This document shows, piece by piece, positions 42,320 to 52,010 of a DNA stretch of 63,314 bases. The notes under the pieces were generated by a model. The model did not search any database, was not told the origin of the DNA, and saw only the letters and a list, made by a program, of their open reading frames with translations. Position 1 is the stretch's first letter; every line of letters starts with the position of its first letter. The stretch lies in contig JABMQY010000014.1 of assembly GCA_013202975.1 (NCBI GenBank), positions 1 through 63,314 of the forward strand, in the 5' to 3' direction. A program made the translations under genes and the position numbers. The DNA comes from Candidatus Saganbacteria bacterium. Its GTDB lineage: Bacteria; Margulisbacteria; WOR-1; XYC2-FULL-46-14.

Positions 42320-43828
42320 TTAAAAAAAGCGCCAGAGCGGCATCTCTTGTTTGTCTTGCTCCTTAATTTGCTGGTTACCTACCTCATAAAAATACTGTTG
42401 TTTTCCACAATTCGGATTTAGGCTCTTTTTGCAGGTTGGAGCTTTCTGAACATATTTTAAGTAATCTTTAAATCCGGAAACTAGTCCCTGCAGAGGATTT
42501 TCACTTTTGGAAAAACTCTTATTTACTTTTGTTTTGGATCCCAATTCTTTTTCTAAAGCTTTAATTCTATCTTGCAATGTACTAAGAAGCAATTCGAGTC
42601 CGGATTCTCCTAGTTTTTTCGCTTTTTTGATTAACACTAGCGCCTTTTGGTTCACTTTAAGCGCCTTTACTTTGTTGCCTGCTTTTTCTAATATTAAAGC
42701 AATCGCTGCGTAGGTTTTACCTAATTGATAAAATGCCTTTGCATAATTAGGATTAATCTTAATTACTCGCAGAAATGCTGGATATGCCAAGTCCAATCTA
42801 CCTTTATTTACATAGTATATACCCAAATCATAATACACCGCGGCAAAATTAGGATAAATATTAATTCCCCGCTTAAATGCTGCAATAGCCAAGTCTAGTT
42901 CGCCTTTCTTGGAGTATTCGACCGCCAGACTAAGATAATACATTGCTAAGAATTCTCTATTTGACACTTGAAACCACAAATCAAAAACCCCTTTATAAAT
43001 TGTTTCTAATTTATATTTTGAAGCATCATATTCAATTGTAGACTCAAAGTAGCGTATTTTTTTATTTATAAATAATTTAATGGATAGATGCATTCCAGCC
43101 TGCGGTTCGGGGTTCATCTTTTTTCTTCCAGCTTGGCTGAATACCCCATATAAAAAACCAACTCTAAGCTTAGCCCTTTTAAAGGCAGCATAAACAATAC
43201 TACTTGTTTCTGAACACAATCCGCAACGCTTTTTCAAGGCTTCTAGCGCAGTTGCTTCCAATTCACAATCATTTTTAATACCCTTCCTTCCTAATCCACC
43301 AAACCTCATGAGATACCAAACAATTGCTTCTAGTCCGGCCCCTCTTAATTCGTTTTTTATATGATTTGGAATAGCAATATTCTGAAGCAAAGAATGTTTC
43401 TTAGAAACCATAACATAAGCAAAGAGCGAAACAGCTAGCAGCTCCTTATATTTATCAGTCCCGTCCTTATAGCCAGCCTTTTTTATCTCAACTTTAAAGA
43501 TTGCAATAGTCTTGTCAACTTTTGCTCTAATCCGACTATCAAATGTAGTCTTCGGATCCAGATCATCCAAACTCCAGGGTACTACATAACCAGTAGTCTC
43601 TTTTATCGCCCTTTGATATTTTTCATGGTTCTCAAGGGCATAATTTAGGACCTCCTGTTTCTGAATCTTACGGTCGCCTCTCTTAATAATATACCTTTTC
43701 TTTTTTACATAATCGGTCCGGGGATATCCCCTATCCAGATCGTGATCCTTAACACCGCTCTTTTTTAGCTTTTGATAAAGCTTCCAGATATTGCTTTGGG
43801 GCTTGAAAGTAACAGTATAGTCTGACAT
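42320..43828 (-). CDS. Transglutaminase-like (Cys-His-acid) domain + TPR protein
   Basis: GLCSETSSIVYAAFKRAKL...MHLSIKL...YFES, then TPRs (AIAAFKRGINIYPNFAAVYYDLG, KINPNYAKAFYQLG). ATG 43828 with GGAGG RBS. Confidence 0.75.
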   Translation of the reverse strand: MSDYTVTFKPQSNIWKLYQKLKKSGVKDHDLDRGYPRTDYVKKKRYIIKRGDRKIQKQEVLNYALENHEKYQRAIKETTGYVVPWSLDDLDPKTTFDSRIRAKVDKTIAIFKVEIKKAGYKDGTDKYKELLAVSLFAYVMVSKKHSLLQNIAIPNHIKNELRGAGLEAIVWYLMRFGGLGRKGIKNDCELEATALEALKKRCGLCSETSSIVYAAFKRAKLRVGFLYGVFSQAGRKKMNPEPQAGMHLSIKLFINKKIRYFESTIEYDASKYKLETIYKGVFDLWFQVSNREFLAMYYLSLAVEYSKKGELDLAIAAFKRGINIYPNFAAVYYDLGIYYVNKGRLDLAYPAFLRVIKINPNYAKAFYQLGKTYAAIALILEKAGNKVKALKVNQKALVLIKKAKKLGESGLELLLSTLQDRIKALEKELGSKTKVNKSFSKSENPLQGLVSGFKDYLKYVQKAPTCKKSLNPNCGKQQYFYEVGNQQIKEQDKQEMPLWRFF

Positions 43829-43863
43829 GTTAATTCCTCCTTTCAAGTTTTATTGTTGGCAGT

Positions 43864-43891
43864 ATTATGGCACTGTGGATTATAAAGTCAA
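43864..43891 (-). promoter_or_regulatory. sigma70-type promoter of the transglutaminase-TPR gene
   Basis: TTGACT-16-CATAAT with extended TG. Confidence 0.5.
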
Positions 43892-43904
43892 GAGCTTAAA
43901 GTCC

Positions 43905-43933
43905 TTGCACATCCTATTGTGCGAGTATATAAT
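43905..43933 (+). promoter_or_regulatory. sigma70-type promoter
   Basis: TTGCAC-17-TATAAT, about 135 nt upstream of ATG 44070. Confidence 0.65.
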
Positions 43934-44011
43934 ATTAACGAGAAACGCGCTCCCGAAAGCGGCTCTAAAGGAAGTGCCCATTTGGAATAAGTTTCAAAAG
44001 AATAATCCAGA

Positions 44012-44049
44012 AGGACACAATGATATCAGTTTTTTGTGTCTTTTTTTTT
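44012..44049 (+). terminator. Intrinsic terminator within a 5' leader (attenuator-like)
   Basis: GACACAA/TTGTGTC stem followed by 9 T, between the promoter and the RBS of 44070. Confidence 0.65.
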
Positions 44050-44069
44050 GCTTTAGGGAGAGAAAAAAG

Positions 44070-45899
44070 ATGGTTAAAAAATCGCTTTCGGTAATTGTTT
44101 TGATTTGCTTTTTTGTGGTTGTTATCTTGTTTCCGGTTTATGCTGAAAATAATAAGAAATTAAGGACTATATATAAGGCTCCGAATCAAAAAGTAGATTT
44201 TAAAATAATAGAAAAAACTTTTTTAAAAAATGAGAAAAAAGGAAAGAAAAAGACAAAAATGTCTGACAAAAACGAACTCCCAAATCAACTCACAGAAAAA
44301 CAAACGAAATTAACAACAAAAGAAGGATATAATATTTGTATTCCTGATAGTTTTGAAAGTGAAAAGAATTTTGGACGCAATCCCTCTCAAGATGCAGAAT
44401 TATTTCTAAATTCGATAAAATTCCATAGGGTATTTAAAAAGGTTACAAAATACGGAACAATCTATCCCAATCAAGAAGTTATTGCATTGGTTACCCTGTT
44501 AGATGATAATAATAAATCATTAATTAATCAAAGTTTAAAAATTAGATTTTCCTCCGTGGGCAAACAAACTAAATTGATTGGACCAAACGAAAAAGGTGAA
44601 TATAATATTAGCTTTAATTCAATCTCTGATGTACCGTTCCTGGCAACAGCAAAAAATCAAAATCTTAGATACAAAATATATTTTAACAATAATAAGATTA
44701 CAGAAATAAAAGATAAAATAGAAGTTTTCCCCAAACCGCTTCTAACCCCACTGCTTGGTGAGAGCATACCAAGGATAGTATTTTTTCTAAAAACCCACAA
44801 TGAAGAGCCATTTAAAAAGAATGTTTTTGTTCCTTCCGACGTCTTAATACCAGTTAATTTCGCAGAAACAGAAGATACAAAACACAACAAATATTCTGCT
44901 AGGATCGAATACCTAAAAAATCAATATGATTCAAGGATTTTCGAGGGAGACACTATACTATTAAAAATTACCCCTCAAATTAACAAGCTGGACATAAAAC
45001 ATAGCAGATGTAAAATTATTATACTAAGTCAAGAAAACAAGTACCATTTATTAGAAGAAAAACACCTTCCCAATGGAACATTCGTCTATAAAATTTGGGT
45101 GGCATCAGATGATAATTTTCTATTCTCTTTTAAGGTAATTTATCCGGATGGCACCCAGAAACATATTGCCACCAAGCTAAATATATTATCGTCTCCCGAT
45201 CGATTGACTATTCCACTGGCTGATTCTGGAATCGCCCTAATAAACCTAGGAGGAGCGCTTTCTTCTATCGCCTTCATAAGCGGAGCACATCTAACAGTTA
45301 ATGATTTACCCATGTATCTTTCGTCCTTATATTCTTTAGGGATTGGCATTTTTGCCTTATCTACACCATCAAACCTAATAAATCGAGCATTGAATTCTAA
45401 AATTGATCACTCAATGATAAGCGAAGACGGTTGTGATTTAATTGCAATTGGTGGAGTGGTTCAAAATAATAGCTATTTTGATATTGCGCTAAACGGATAT
45501 AATGGACCTATTCAATTAGGTATTGGCCGCAAATTAGGAATAGGCTCGTTATCAAGTCTGGTTTTATCTGCAGATTATATCCCTTTAAGAATGGATCCGT
45601 CATCAAATCTGGTTGCACTATCAATAGGAACAGAAATGAAATATCCAATAAACATAAATAATCTTGATAAATTGTATCCCGTCAGCTTGGATTTTACGGT
45701 AAAAACTGGATATATTCGATATTCCAGCTTAACAAACAATCAAAACACTCTGGGGATATCTTTTAACATGAAAACAACTATCGGTTTTAATGATCTAGAT
45801 ATTTGGTACGGACTTAGCTATATTTCTTGTAATGATGAGGAGATTAATAAATCAATCAATCGACTTAACCTTTTATTAGGAGCTGGCTTCTTTTTTTAA
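44070..45899 (+). CDS. Hypothetical exported/outer-membrane protein
   Basis: Signal peptide MVKKSLSVIVLICFFVVVILFPVYA with GGGAG RBS. beta-rich body and barrel-like C-terminus ending LLLGAGFFF. Start reassigned from 43827. Confidence 0.7.
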   Translation: MVKKSLSVIVLICFFVVVILFPVYAENNKKLRTIYKAPNQKVDFKIIEKTFLKNEKKGKKKTKMSDKNELPNQLTEKQTKLTTKEGYNICIPDSFESEKNFGRNPSQDAELFLNSIKFHRVFKKVTKYGTIYPNQEVIALVTLLDDNNKSLINQSLKIRFSSVGKQTKLIGPNEKGEYNISFNSISDVPFLATAKNQNLRYKIYFNNNKITEIKDKIEVFPKPLLTPLLGESIPRIVFFLKTHNEEPFKKNVFVPSDVLIPVNFAETEDTKHNKYSARIEYLKNQYDSRIFEGDTILLKITPQINKLDIKHSRCKIIILSQENKYHLLEEKHLPNGTFVYKIWVASDDNFLFSFKVIYPDGTQKHIATKLNILSSPDRLTIPLADSGIALINLGGALSSIAFISGAHLTVNDLPMYLSSLYSLGIGIFALSTPSNLINRALNSKIDHSMISEDGCDLIAIGGVVQNNSYFDIALNGYNGPIQLGIGRKLGIGSLSSLVLSADYIPLRMDPSSNLVALSIGTEMKYPININNLDKLYPVSLDFTVKTGYIRYSSLTNNQNTLGISFNMKTTIGFNDLDIWYGLSYISCNDEEINKSINRLNLLLGAGFFF

Positions 45900-46031
45900 A
45901 CTTAGTGGTCGTGTCACGCGGAAAATCACATAATTATATGAGAATTTGAATTATAAAATAAGTGGCTGTGCTGTGGATTTAAGAAAAGATTATGCGCCAG
46001 AAGATAAGCGTTCCGTGTAACTCCGTGTATC

Positions 46032-47372
46032 CTATCTCAACCCCAACTGCTCCATCTTCGCAATTAAGGTGGTTCGGTGTATTTCTAGAATTTTTGCAGC
46101 TTTTGACTGATTGCCATCGGTCAGTTTCAAAATATCCAGGATATGATTTCTTTCAAAGACTGCCCTGGAGTCCCTTAAACTCTTTGAGATAAAACAGCCG
46201 TCAAGAGCAAAGCGTAAAGGGATTTTAGAAATTACGTCTGATTCCGCCAAGACCACCGCCCGCTCGATTACATTTTTCAATTCACGCACATTGCCCGGCC
46301 AGACGTATTTCTTGAGTGCTTCTAAAACCTTGGGATCAAATCCTTTTATATCTTTCTTGAGTTCAAGGTTAAACTTATTTAAAAAGTAGCCGGCTAAATA
46401 CGGGATGTCTTCGCTTCTCTCTTTTAGCGCAGGAAGCCTGATAGGAATGACATTTATCCGGTAATATAAATCGCTTCGAAAATCCCCCTCTTTAATTGCT
46501 TTTTCTAAATCTAAATTTGTTGCAGCCAGAATCCGGACATCTGTTTCAATCGGCTTTTCTCCCCCTATTCTCTCAATCTTTCCGCTCTCAAGCACTCGCA
46601 AAAGCTTGGCCTGCATGGAAGGACTCATGCAGCCGATTTCATCCAAAAACAAGGTCCCCCGATCTGCTATTTCGAATTTTCCGATCTTGCGCTCAATAGC
46701 TCCGGTAAAGGCGCCGCGTTCATGCCCAAAAAGCTCAGATTCTAATAAATTCTCAGGTATAGCAGCACAATTTATGATTACAAAAGGCCTCTTTCTGCGA
46801 AGGCTTTTATTATGAATTGCATGCGCTACCAGCTCTTTCCCGGTGCCCGATTCTCCCGTTATTAATACCGTAGAATTAGTCGGCCCAATGTTTTCTATTG
46901 CAGAAAATATATTCTGCATTACCGGGGTTGTGCCAATTAAATCTTCATATGAATGCTGCTCATCCAGGGTTGTACGCAGATAGATATTCTCTCTGACTAA
47001 TGAATTTTTCTGCATGACTCTCTCAAGTGTCAGCAGCAATTCATCCGCATCAAAAGGCTTGGTGATATATTCAAAAGCACCCGCTTTTACCGCCTGGACC
47101 GCGTCCCTGGTATCGTCACTGGCAGTAGCAATTATGACCTCAACTGTCGGCTCGATCGATTTAATTTTTTCCAGTACCTTTAATCCATGCATGTCAGGAA
47201 GTTTTAGGTCAAGAACTACTGCAGAATAAGTTGATTCTTTATACTTTGCCAGTCCATCTTTTGCTGAGGAGGCCAAAACAACCCGATAGCTATCTTCCAG
47301 CAATGCCTTATAAGCATAAAGCATACACTGCTCGTCTTCTATTACTAAAATCGCCGGTTTTTCTGTATTCAT
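46032..47372 (-). CDS. sigma54-dependent response regulator (NtrC/AtoC/ZraR family)
   Basis: Receiver (VIEDE, VLDLKLPD, KPF), GESGTGKE, GAFTGA, LFLDEIG, WPGNVRELKN, HTH GNQSKAAKILEIHRTTL. Start reassigned to ATG 47372 (GGAGG RBS). Confidence 0.95.
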   Translation of the reverse strand: MNTEKPAILVIEDEQCMLYAYKALLEDSYRVVLASSAKDGLAKYKESTYSAVVLDLKLPDMHGLKVLEKIKSIEPTVEVIIATASDDTRDAVQAVKAGAFEYITKPFDADELLLTLERVMQKNSLVRENIYLRTTLDEQHSYEDLIGTTPVMQNIFSAIENIGPTNSTVLITGESGTGKELVAHAIHNKSLRRKRPFVIINCAAIPENLLESELFGHERGAFTGAIERKIGKFEIADRGTLFLDEIGCMSPSMQAKLLRVLESGKIERIGGEKPIETDVRILAATNLDLEKAIKEGDFRSDLYYRINVIPIRLPALKERSEDIPYLAGYFLNKFNLELKKDIKGFDPKVLEALKKYVWPGNVRELKNVIERAVVLAESDVISKIPLRFALDGCFISKSLRDSRAVFERNHILDILKLTDGNQSKAAKILEIHRTTLIAKMEQLGLR

Positions 47373-47459
47373 AAATTCCTCCATTTTTTTTAGGTTACGA
47401 AAGGTAACCCTTCCTTCTATATGTATATCGTCAAAAACCGACAATAATTTCACTCAATT

Positions 47460-47498
47460 TGTAGTTTATATTGACAGCACTGTAGAAAAAACACTACA
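47460..47498. promoter_or_regulatory. Putative enhancer (bEBP) binding sites
   Basis: TGTAG-TTTATAT-TGACA and TGTAG-N8-CTACA dyads in tandem upstream of the sigma54 promoter. Confidence 0.45.
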
Positions 47499-47525
47499 AA
47501 CCTCACAGCAGCAAGCACAAAGTTA

Positions 47526-47542
47526 TCGGCGCGGAAATTGCT
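47526..47542 (+). promoter_or_regulatory. sigma54 (-24/-12) promoter
   Basis: TCGGCGCGGAAATTGCT: GG-N10-GC with TTGC at -12, close to the consensus TGGCACG-N4-TTGC. Confidence 0.65.
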
Positions 47543-47566
47543 GTATAAGGGGTAGGAAAACAAACA

Positions 47567-47980
47567 ATGATAAATATAAACATTAACATTTCTGAAAGCA
47601 CAAATTTATGGACACTAACCTCTTTTATCAGAAATCTGGAAAAGGAAAAGGGAACTGATCAAAACCTTAATAAGGCTTTTGATTTTGGGAGGGCTGCAAT
47701 CAGGGTTTCTAATCAATTTAGGGAAAGACGCAACACAATAGAAATCATTGATTCTTTAGTTGATTCAGCGCTTCTTGTATCCAGCAATATGTACAGAATC
47801 TATCTATTGCAGGCTAAAAAGAGTGTTGATTCAGATGGTCAGAAAAAAATTCAAGCAGAAGCAAAAAAAGAACTTAGCTTCTGCCAAAAATTACTGGAAC
47901 ACCTGGATTCAATGGTTTTAGGTTTTTCTTTGGTTAAAGAGATGAAGGAGCAGGCCGCTTCTCTACAAAACATTCTTTAA
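47567..47980 (+). CDS. Hypothetical helical protein, divergent four-helix-bundle (IVS-protein-like)
   Basis: KAFDFGRAAIRV...IIDSLVDSALLVSSNM...AKKELSF...LLEHL loosely follows the four-helix-bundle family pattern. Confidence 0.55.
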   Translation: MINININISESTNLWTLTSFIRNLEKEKGTDQNLNKAFDFGRAAIRVSNQFRERRNTIEIIDSLVDSALLVSSNMYRIYLLQAKKSVDSDGQKKIQAEAKKELSFCQKLLEHLDSMVLGFSLVKEMKEQAASLQNIL

Positions 47981-47989
47981 ATTAATATT

Positions 47990-48027
47990 GGGGGGATCAA
48001 CGGGAGCTGGTCCCTCCTTTATTTATT
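47990..48027 (+). terminator. Intrinsic terminator
   Basis: GGGGGGATCA/TGGTCCCTCC stem (with G-U pairs) followed by TTTATTTATT. Confidence 0.55.
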
Positions 48028-48049
48028 AATACACGGAGGGTATGAAGAT

Positions 48050-50494
48050 TTGAGTTATATAATAAGGGGCTGTGCAATAGAAATAAGATCAGTATCATTT
48101 TCTTGCCTGTTTCTGATTTTTCTGCTGCTAATTTGCACCTCGGGAAACGCAGCCCCTATTATGAAGTCATCTCCCAATTACTTAGTGCTCCTGGTTCACG
48201 GCATAGGATCTCGTGGAGAAGCCTTTGGCTATGGAGAAAGAGATATCCGAAACAGCCCGCCTAAGGGATTAAAGCATTTTCTCGAAAAGAATCTGGGTCT
48301 AAATGGCTATGTATACTCGTACAGTTTCTCAAATCCTCTGCAATCAAGTATCACTAGCGCCAGAGAGCTGGGAGACAGAAATTATTATTTAAAGAATCCT
48401 GCCGGCCAGAGATACCAGGACCTTTTTCGCCATAATAAAATCAATACCAACCTCTGTATGCTGGACAAAGCAAAAGAAGATTTTAAGAAATATTTTAATT
48501 CAAAATACAAAAGAAACCCTCAAAAAGCAGAAATCCCGGATAAGTTCATAATCATCTGCCACAGCATGGGGGGGCTGGCCGCCAGATATTATTTAACTTC
48601 TGGTTTCTATAAAAACGATATAAATAAAATCATATTTCTAGATACCCCTCATCTGGGCTCTGACGGGATGGTTTGGTATGAAAGGTTTAAGATGGATTTT
48701 GGAATTATTAGAGCCTTTCAGGGACAATATCTTGATTATGGAATGAAAATAATAATGGATTCAGTATTAAAAACTTTCGGCAGTCCTCAAATTGAATCAG
48801 TTTATGTTGCTGCAGCCAATATGACATTAAGTATGGGATCAAATTATTTAGATGACATTCTTATTAATTCTGTTAAGGAATTTGGAAAGGAAAAAGAGGG
48901 CTGGAAACTTGGGGGTGCAGTACCGACAAGTAAAATAATAAAAAACATATTTTCCGTGCACGGCCAGAGTTTGTTGGCAGATTATTTTAAGCAAATTGAA
49001 GGAAGCTGGGCATTTTGGATCCTTTTATTTGCTAACCTTGAAGGAGATGGATTAAACGAAATGCACCCTGACAGCAGTTTTTTAAGCGAATTAAGAACTG
49101 CAACTGCATAAACTCGTTCAAACTCAAACTCCAATCCCGTAGAATACCGCCTGGTTTCTGCCCTGGGATTTCCAACCCCGCATAAAGGATTAATCGAACG
49201 CTACTATGGAATAAACCCTTATGCCGTCGGCACACTCCTTCCTCTTTTACCCGAATACAATTCCCTTCCTTCCGAAGGAGCAAAACTCGCCTCAGCACTT
49301 TTAAGCATTGCCGGACCCGGCAGTTTTTTTGTAAAAAATGGAAGCTTATTGGTTGCAAGGGACAGTTCCAGAGCAGAAAACGTTGAGATTTTTAAATCTA
49401 ACACAAAAAGGTATGAGTGGGTAAACAGATCTATGATTCTCGATGAAATGGCAGGCACGATAAAAAACAGTACCGATGCGATCCTGGCCATTTACTGGGG
49501 ATTAAAGCTTGTCCCCGGCTTTCAGTTCGATCCATCCCTGCTCAGTATAATGTTAACTGTCCCAACCTTTGCCCTTTCCCGATTAGAAACCACTGTTTTG
49601 GCGCTTGATAGAGAGACCCAGGAATATTGTTTTACCCACCCAATGGTAGTCGAAGGAGTCTATGATAATAGTTATTCTAGTCCAACTATAATCGAACAAG
49701 CTCTTGACGATACTCCAATTGTCGGCGGAAAATTATTAAATAAATATAAAGACTACGACCAAGCCTTCGTCCTTCTTTCTAATCTAAACAAAGACGGAAC
49801 GTTTACAAAAGATTATCGAACAATCAGCATTGAAGCCTATATCAACGGCCCAACGGTAACCGCGGTTACGGTCAAAGACCCCCCCACTGCAATTAAGGGT
49901 GTCATCAATACTTATCTCCCTCTCAAAATAAAAGAATTCAAATACTCCACAAATTTTGCAGCATGGAAAAATGTTCCAAAAGCTGACAGATGGGGAAATT
50001 TCACAATTAAAGATTTAAAACTGGCTGAAGGTCAAAATATCATTGCATTCAAAGCTACCTCATTTGCAAACAACAGGATGAACCAGCATCTTAAAATTAT
50101 TGTAAACACCATCCCTATGCTCATCTCAAAAATGACTCCCAAACCAAACACTTACACAAACAACCCCAAACCAACCATAAGTGGTGAATTTAATAAGAGT
50201 GTTTACTCAACCGGCAGGGATATTGCCGGAGCAATACCTACTTTAATTTCATCAGAATTATACAAAAACAAACAACTACTTAAAAACCTGCTGAATGATC
50301 CCAACTTCAAACAAGAACAGATCAAAGTAAATGATTACCATACTAAAGTAAAATTTTCATACACTCCAACTACCCCGCTTCCGGACGGGGAATATGAAAT
50401 TAGTGTGAAAGCAAAAAGCAGCGTTGGAATATCTCAGGGCATCTGGTCCTTTTGGATTGACACAAAACCGCCGGAGATTGAAATTTCTTTTTAA
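48050..50494 (+). pseudogene. Exported alpha/beta-hydrolase (PGAP1/lipase-like) with C-terminal Ig-like domains, interrupted by one in-frame TAA
   Basis: Track ORFs 48050..49111 and 49349..50494 are in the same frame, and the only stop between them is TAA 49109-49111 (...LRTATA*TRSNSNSNPVEYRLVSALGFPTP...). Motifs LLVHG, CHSMGG, DTPHLGS. C-terminus WSFWIDTKPP. Confidence 0.75.
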
Positions 50495-50500
50495 ACCTGT

Positions 50501-51022
50501 CTACTTAGAAGGGTTGTCTTTTTTATCTTCTTTTTCTTTACCAAGATGAAAATCTTCCCGCAATTGAGCGGCAAATTTTTTCGCATGGGTTTCTAAATTG
50601 GTCACATCAATCATCCGATCCAGATGCCCTTTGAAAAACTCGTCAACTTTACCCAAAAGAACATCTTCTCTAAACGGCTTTAGAATATAGCCGGCTGCAG
50701 CCCCCTGCCGGGCTTTTTCCCATTTATCTTCGTCCTCAAAGGCAGTTAAAATAATTACCCCAATCCTTTCATGGTATTCCTCCCGCACCACCCTCAAAAA
50801 CTCCAGGCCATCCATTCCGGGCATTTTTATGTCAAGAATAATACACTCAATCCGGTTTTTAAGCAGTCCCATTGCCTGCACATTCTTTTTAAGCTCCACC
50901 AAACCATCTTTAGCACAATAAGCAGTGATAACCTCATAATTATCATTGCCCCGGAGCATCTCCGCTATCGAATCGGCATAATCCTTTTCATCCTCAACTA
51001 CTAATATCACATGTTTTGACAT
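50501..51022 (-). CDS. Single-domain response regulator with short C-terminal tail
   Basis: VVEDE, ILDIKMPGMDG, LTAF, KPF. Confidence 0.9.
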   Translation of the reverse strand: MSKHVILVVEDEKDYADSIAEMLRGNDNYEVITAYCAKDGLVELKKNVQAMGLLKNRIECIILDIKMPGMDGLEFLRVVREEYHERIGVIILTAFEDEDKWEKARQGAAAGYILKPFREDVLLGKVDEFFKGHLDRMIDVTNLETHAKKFAAQLREDFHLGKEKEDKKDNPSK

Positions 51023-51077
51023 AATTTTTATTTTAGCACTAATTAATTACTGCCACAACGAGATCTTTAATAACCCC

Positions 51078-51106
51078 TTGCACCAAAACAAACATAGTGG
51101 CATAAT
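51078..51106 (+). promoter_or_regulatory. sigma70-type promoter
   Basis: TTGCAC-17-CATAAT with extended TG, 13 nt before ATG 51120. Confidence 0.6.
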
Positions 51107-51119
51107 ACTCACAATATAT

Positions 51120-52010
51120 ATGAAGAGGCTATTGCTAATATTAATTTTATTTAGTCTCTCTGGACCTGCTTTTGCTGCTTCAGGCACAATGTATCTGTCC
51201 AGTCCAGAACAACTCTTTGGCGGCGGCGGAAAAACAGAAGGATCAAGCTATACCTCTACAACATCAATCGGAAATACTTCTATCGGCACAGCTGAGGGGA
51301 CCAGCTATTCTATATCTCTCGGTTTTTTGGCTGCAAGTATCAGCTATGCAACTTCTGAAAGCAGCGCTTCTGTCACAATAGACTCCCCGGGTATTTCAAG
51401 CCTAAAATTTGACGGACGCACTATTGCCGACAATGAATACGTTAGCAGCGACGTAACCATTACAGCAACAGTTAGTGATTTAGCAAGTAGTATTAATACT
51501 GCCATAAGCTCGGTTGAAATAGATTCGACAGTCACATCCCTTGCTAATTTATCCGGGGATTCAAGCTATAATGCCACAACCTCTCTGCTGACATATAAGT
51601 CTGCCACCGCCCTGACAACCGGAACCCACACTTTTACAATTTATGCCAGAAACAATGCCGGGGAATTAACCTCACAAACAACAACATTTAAAGTTGAAAG
51701 CGGAAATTTGCTGGCAAATACGGTGCTGGCTTTCCCAAACCCTTACAATCCCAATAACGGAAATCTGGAAATAACCTATAACCTAAGCAAAGACTCCACT
51801 GTTTCTGTTTATATATTTAACACTTTAGGACAATTGATCTGGAAACAAGACTACCTATCTGGAGCAGCTGGCGGGTATGCCGGATATAACAGCGTAAATT
51901 GGGACGGTGTTAACGGCTTTGGACAGGCGATAAGTAATGATGTTTACCTCTGCCGTATTGTTTCTGAAGGCAATGCAATAGGAAAATGCAAAATAGCGGT
52001 GCTTAGATGA
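51120..52010 (+). CDS. Exported Ser/Thr-rich protein with Ig-like domain and C-terminal FlgD-Ig/T9SS type-A-sorting-like domain
   Basis: Signal peptide MKRLLLILILFSLSGPAFA. C-terminus AFPNPYNP...ITYNL...IFNTLGQLI...WDG...NDVYLCRI...KIAVLR. Start reassigned from 51078. Confidence 0.8.
   Translation: MKRLLLILILFSLSGPAFAASGTMYLSSPEQLFGGGGKTEGSSYTSTTSIGNTSIGTAEGTSYSISLGFLAASISYATSESSASVTIDSPGISSLKFDGRTIADNEYVSSDVTITATVSDLASSINTAISSVEIDSTVTSLANLSGDSSYNATTSLLTYKSATALTTGTHTFTIYARNNAGELTSQTTTFKVESGNLLANTVLAFPNPYNPNNGNLEITYNLSKDSTVSVYIFNTLGQLIWKQDYLSGAAGGYAGYNSVNWDGVNGFGQAISNDVYLCRIVSEGNAIGKCKIAVLR

Noticed and set aside
43934-44011. Assignment to the glycine, c-di-GMP-I or c-di-GMP-II riboswitch
   Set aside because: Only short fragments match (CCGAAAG, CTCTAAAGG; GGGCACTT on the opposite strand), and the required conserved partners are missing. 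Reported as an unclassified leader.
43827-44069. 81-codon N-terminal extension of the 44070 gene, and similar extensions at 38376, 41489, 47453, 51078, 54421
   Set aside because: They run through promoters or terminators or overlap neighbours, and downstream ATGs have better RBS/promoter context and protein N-termini.
46008-46032. Short TCCGTGT(A/T) direct repeat as a REP element
   Set aside because: Only two short units and no inverted partner, too little to call.
47567-47980. Four-helix-bundle protein as DGR accessory (Avd), implying a diversity-generating retroelement
   Set aside because: No reverse transcriptase and no TR/VR pair differing at adenines seen. The near-identical repeats found differ at synonymous positions of all bases.
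49109-49111. Genetic-code reassignment or Sec/Pyl readthrough
   Set aside because: The codon is TAA, and TAA, TAG and TGA all terminate conserved genes normally in this window.
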